Shown piece after piece: positions 60,140-64,000 of a stretch of DNA of 64,000 nucleotides. How positions within the stretch are numbered: the stretch's first letter is position 1; every line of letters begins with the position of its first letter. The stretch is from Hyphochytrium catenoides (lineage: Eukaryota > Protista > Hyphochytriomycota): positions 1 through 64,000 of the forward strand of contig FLMG01000972.1 in the NCBI GenBank assembly GCA_900088475.1, read 5' to 3'. The translations under genes and the position numbers were made by a program. Under the pieces are notes generated by a model, which ran no database searches, was not told the origin of the DNA, and was given only the letters and a program-made list of their open reading frames with translations.

Positions 60140-61672
60140 ATGGCACCAGACATCCAAGAGTGGACGGTCAAGGCATGGGGCCATGGGAGAGCTTCGTCTT
60201 TATATAGGCTTGCTATGAGTACATGCAGTGCTGTTGCAGGCACGAAAGGTACTCCCGGCATCTTCAAGCTGACTTCCACGCCCAGCCTGACTGCAGAAGC
60301 TACTGTCTTCTTATCGGCTGCCATTGTGCAGGGATCCGTCTTCTGGATCCCTCTTCTGGCCTACTGGGTCTTCAGAGGGAGCAAGTCTTGGAAGCTCCAG
60401 ATAGCCTTTGTTGCTGCATGCTTATACTTAACTTTTGCCCCGATTAAGGCTAGAGAATGGACAAGGTCCGCTTGGCTGTGGAAGAACTGGCTTGGTGAGC
60501 CCTCACTTTCATCATCGTCGCCGTGGTCCCGGTGATGCTTACTGTTTGACCTACACAGAGTATTTCGGATGGCCAGGAACAAAGACAATGCGAGTAGTGG
60601 GCAGAACAGACCTCCCAGGTAGTCCATACCTTTTCTGCTTCCTGCCGCACGGGTTATTCCCTTATGCTATGGCCATGGCCGGGGTGGAGCCTTTGTGGAG
60701 CACTGTTTTCAAGAAAGCACGGGTGGCGACCGTAAGTCTGCCATGTGATCCAGTCACCTTTGTACGGTCCGCCTTTGCTATAGCCAGCTAATCTCCATTC
60801 TTGCAATCCGTACATGTCCTTAGGCGAACGTGGTTCTGAGAGTCATGGTTGTGAGGCATCTTACGGTGAGAAGAGGCCACACCCGACCTGTTGCCAACCT
60901 TTCAAACTCCTCACGTAGCGCTCACTCTTAGAGAATAGTCTCCGATGCATTTCCGGCAACGAGGAAGGCGATAGGTAGGGAGCTTGCAGCTGGGAAGTCA
61001 GTGATCCTCTCTCCAGGAGGCATTGGCGAGGTGCGCCTTCTCTCCGTTAGCGAACGACTGACGAAAACGGATCTGGACCCTAACTCTACTGCCTACATCT
61101 TTTAGATGTTCCTGACGGGTGCCAAGGATGAGGCCGTACTGCTGAATAATAGAAAGGGCTTTATCAAGCTGGCCATTGAGCACGGGGTAACTCTCTTTAT
61201 CTAAACCGTTGTGGCAATCCGTGATCCGAAGTCCTTCTTCTGATGCCCATTTAGGTACCACTGGTGCCTGTTTACGTCTTCGGAAACTCAAGGACCTTTG
61301 GCACTCCGTCCTTCACTAAACAGCTGGAGTGGATATCTAGGGCGCTAAAGATCGCTATCGCAGTCCCGGTCGGCCGGTGGCTCCTGCCGGTAAGCCCACA
61401 GCGGATGTGTGAGCGCAGAAGAACCATTCGCGCAGAGGCTGCAGCCCAAACATTCTCACATTTGGTTGGCATGCCTCACCATCCCTTAGGTACCATTCAA
61501 GGTGCCACTCATGTACGCGATTGGTGAGCCCATTGAGGTCGCATATAATCCCAATCCGTCCGAGGAAGAGGTCGCCAGAGTTCATCAGTTATTCAAGGAT
61601 GCCGTCATCGCCTTGTTCGAAAAGTACAAGCAAATGTATGGTTGGGGCGATAGGAGACTGCAAATTCACTAG
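60140..61672 (+). CDS. DGAT2: Diacylglycerol/monoacylglycerol acyltransferase, DGAT2 family, about 7 exons
   Basis: N-terminal TM hairpin; EYFG, [53 protein letters not shown]...PSEEEVARVH...LFEKYK; stop at 61670-61672. Confidence 0.88.
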
Positions 61673-62401
61673 AGACGAGTGTATCCAATTACTTAGCCAC
61701 ATGTGTAGCGCTGGGAGAATAGACTTTCTATAGGCTCACATACAGCTCGGTCTCTCCCCAGTAACACCGGCCATTGTGCCTAAGATTTACCTGTATGACT
61801 ATGATACTCTCATTCAACTGTCAAACTTACTGCGGCCAAATAGCAAATAGGGCGTCTGCTCGTCATCAAACTCATTGTAGGTCGATGACGGTACTGAAGC
61901 ACCCTGCAAGCCTTAAACACGACCACACAGGTGCTCTGAGGGTTCAGTAGGAGATGCAAAGTAGTAATTGGCGTTGGGTCTGGAGTTGCGTCTGTTTGAT
62001 GATAAACCAGTCAGGAAGAGGCTAGGGAAGCATCTTCTTCCGAGAGCCATGCCACGTGTGGTTCTCGCTTTTACGAATAAACAAAAAATGCGAGGGTGGT
62101 CAGAGCATTTGTCTTAACCTCCGCCCTTCTACCTCGCAGTCTTTCCACAGAAAGGGAACTAGGAAGCTGGTTGTCCCTTGGTTAAGAGTCAAAGTAGCAG
62201 CATATGAACAAGCACAAGCATGCGGGCACCATTATGCATTAGTACCTTAGTAGGAATCTAATGTGCAATCGATCCAGGCTCTTGCCCAGCAGGGAGAACT
62301 CCCAGAGAAGAACTGCTTCAGTTGATATGACGCAATGAACAGACAGTCAAACGAGAATGCAGAAAGCAGTACGCGAAGCAGATCACGGCCTTTCCGCCAC
62401 C

Positions 62402-63658
62402 TCAGGGACGGAGGAACACTTTGAGAATCCCTTCCTCTTTCAGATGGAACATCTTATAGAGCTCGGGTCCTTCAGACAACCTTCCGTAATAGTTGACGAC
62501 CATGGTGGGATCAAAATTATTCTTCAGCATCATTTCTAGCACATAGTTCCACACCGCTTGGACGAAGCACTGGCCACCGCGAACGGTCAAGTGCTTCTCC
62601 ATCATTGCTCCTATTGGGAACTGGTTGGCGAAGCCCATGTAGTCACCAATGATGGAGATATTCCCGTTCTTCCGCACGGCATATATGCATTGCGAGAGAA
62701 TATCAGGAGAGTCCGTCTCTAGCCCAATGGCGCGCTGAATGGTATGGAGCCAGGTCGCAGAGTATCGGAACCCTGCACACTCAATAGCGACATCGACCCC
62801 TCCTGGACAGCGCTCGAACACTGCTTGAACGACATCCGAGACTTCCTTGGCATTGATCACATCCACACCAAGTTTCTCCTTTGCCAGCTGCAGGCGCTCC
62901 GGGACGACGTCAATACCGATAATCTTCTTGGCACCCAGGACCTTGGCCCACTGCAAAGCAAGAAGTCCCACTGGACCACAACCCCAGACAGCGACGCTGC
63001 AGCCTTCTCTGACCTCACCAAGCTGGCAGGCATGCAGAGAGGTACAGGCGATGTCTGATATATATAAGGCTTTGTCATCTGGTATCTCATCAGGCAGCGG
63101 GAGACAGTTGTAGTCAGCAAATGGCACACGAAGATACTCCGCTTGGCCACCAGGATAACCGCCAGTGATATGACCATAGCCAAAGATTCCGCTAGTCCGA
63201 TGGCCGTAGAGCTTTTCCATCACTCTGCTAGAGTTGGTGGTGTCGCAGCAGCTATGCTCACCACGCTTGCAATAGTCGCAAGTGCCGCAAGTGATGGCAA
63301 AAGCAACCACTACGCGCTGACCCTTGCGAATGTGCTTCACCTCTGGGCCGATATCTTCAACAATACCGAGGGTCTCGTGACCTAAGATGTCACCGTCGCG
63401 CATGTGCGGGAACTCAGCCGTGTAAAGGTGAAGATCACTGCCACATATCGTAGTCGCCGTCACACGGATCAGAGCATCTTCTGGAGCAGACACGAGAGGC
63501 TGCGGGACAGTGGCATACTCAACCTTGTTTTTGCCCTTCCAAATAAGGGCGTGCATGGTCTCGGTGTCGGACCAACGCTGCTGGCTATCGCCAGGACTAA
63601 CAGGGTTATTTCCAAGAACCTCTTCAAGTCTGTTACCCAGGAAGTTGATGAGCGACAT
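62402..63658 (-). CDS. Zinc-dependent MDR alcohol dehydrogenase, glutathione-dependent formaldehyde-dehydrogenase-like (YbdR-like) clade; intronless
   Basis: 418-aa ORF with TTICGSDLHLY, LGHE, structural Zn CGTCDYCKRGEHSCC, GYGHITGGYPGGQAEYLRVP and Rossmann VWGCGPVG. Confidence 0.92.
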   Translation of the reverse strand: MSLINFLGNRLEEVLGNNPVSPGDSQQRWSDTETMHALIWKGKNKVEYATVPQPLVSAPEDALIRVTATTICGSDLHLYTAEFPHMRDGDILGHETLGIVEDIGPEVKHIRKGQRVVVAFAITCGTCDYCKRGEHSCCDTTNSSRVMEKLYGHRTSGIFGYGHITGGYPGGQAEYLRVPFADYNCLPLPDEIPDDKALYISDIACTSLHACQLGEVREGCSVAVWGCGPVGLLALQWAKVLGAKKIIGIDVVPERLQLAKEKLGVDVINAKEVSDVVQAVFERCPGGVDVAIECAGFRYSATWLHTIQRAIGLETDSPDILSQCIYAVRKNGNISIIGDYMGFANQFPIGAMMEKHLTVRGGQCFVQAVWNYVLEMMLKNNFDPTMVVNYYGRLSEGPELYKMFHLKEEGILKVFLRP

Positions 63659-64000
63659 GGTTCTCCGTTAATATTGATGCGCGGGCCGTCAACCTTGTGA
63701 TGATATGAGAATCCCTTACACTTGGAGGGCAAAATTGAATATGAACCCCGTCGCACCTTGTGAGCAGAGCCTGAGGAGAACAAGGCTATGCTGCTATGAC
63801 GCGGTGGAGCGTTGAAAGGAGACAAAGGAGAACGGAAGAAGACAAGTGTCTAGAGGTAGGGCCTGATGACCACCACTACTAGCTAATGACAAGCAATGCC
63901 CTTCTCAGAGTCCGCCCACTATCACTTGACCATTATTACTGACTGCTCGCTTTAATCAATGGAAGGAGGCTGGGCGATAAAGGAGCCAAGAACAACGCGG

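Noticed and set aside
1-64000. CRISPR arrays, rRNA, tRNA, introner families, intact transposases
   Set aside because: None seen. The tandem repeats have no spacers, and the introns do not share sequence with one another beyond microsatellites.

Overview
Eukaryotic nuclear DNA (about 50% GC, GT-AG spliceosomal introns, many (CT)n/(GA)n microsatellites, several short N gaps). It is probably from a flagellated protist; a stramenopile is my inference from gene content only. Gene models built by hand, left to right: a decayed reading frame (-), an intronless membrane-anchored sedolisin/TPP1-like S53 peptidase (+), Mediator MED22 (+), a ClC-7-type Cl-/H+ exchanger (-), a probable tandem-USP-domain protein (-), a ~20 kb, ~40-exon giant scaffold gene (+, roughly 4,000 aa), a candidate single-pass microprotein (-), a calcineurin-B-like EF-hand protein (+), a divergent PACRG-family gene (-), PEX11 (+), a PHD-containing CHD7-type remodeler (-), an RRM protein (+), a DGAT2/MGAT acyltransferase (+) and an intronless Zn-dependent alcohol/formaldehyde dehydrogenase (-). 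The most striking feature is the giant protein. It strings together Cys-containing LRRs, IQ motifs, Sfi1-like centrin-binding repeats, a KOW/SH3-like barrel, an FN3 domain with a Tudor domain nested inside it, C2H2 fingers, MORN repeats, a dynein stalk plus microtubule-binding domain with no motor, a LOTUS/OST-HTH domain, a matrin-type finger and WW domains. It is a candidate basal-body/microtubule scaffold with RNA-binding modules. Secondary highlights are stems that pair the two ends of long purine-rich introns, and a PCNA PIP box plus SUMO-interacting motif at the tail of the CHD remodeler. All domain calls are by eye; no database search was run.
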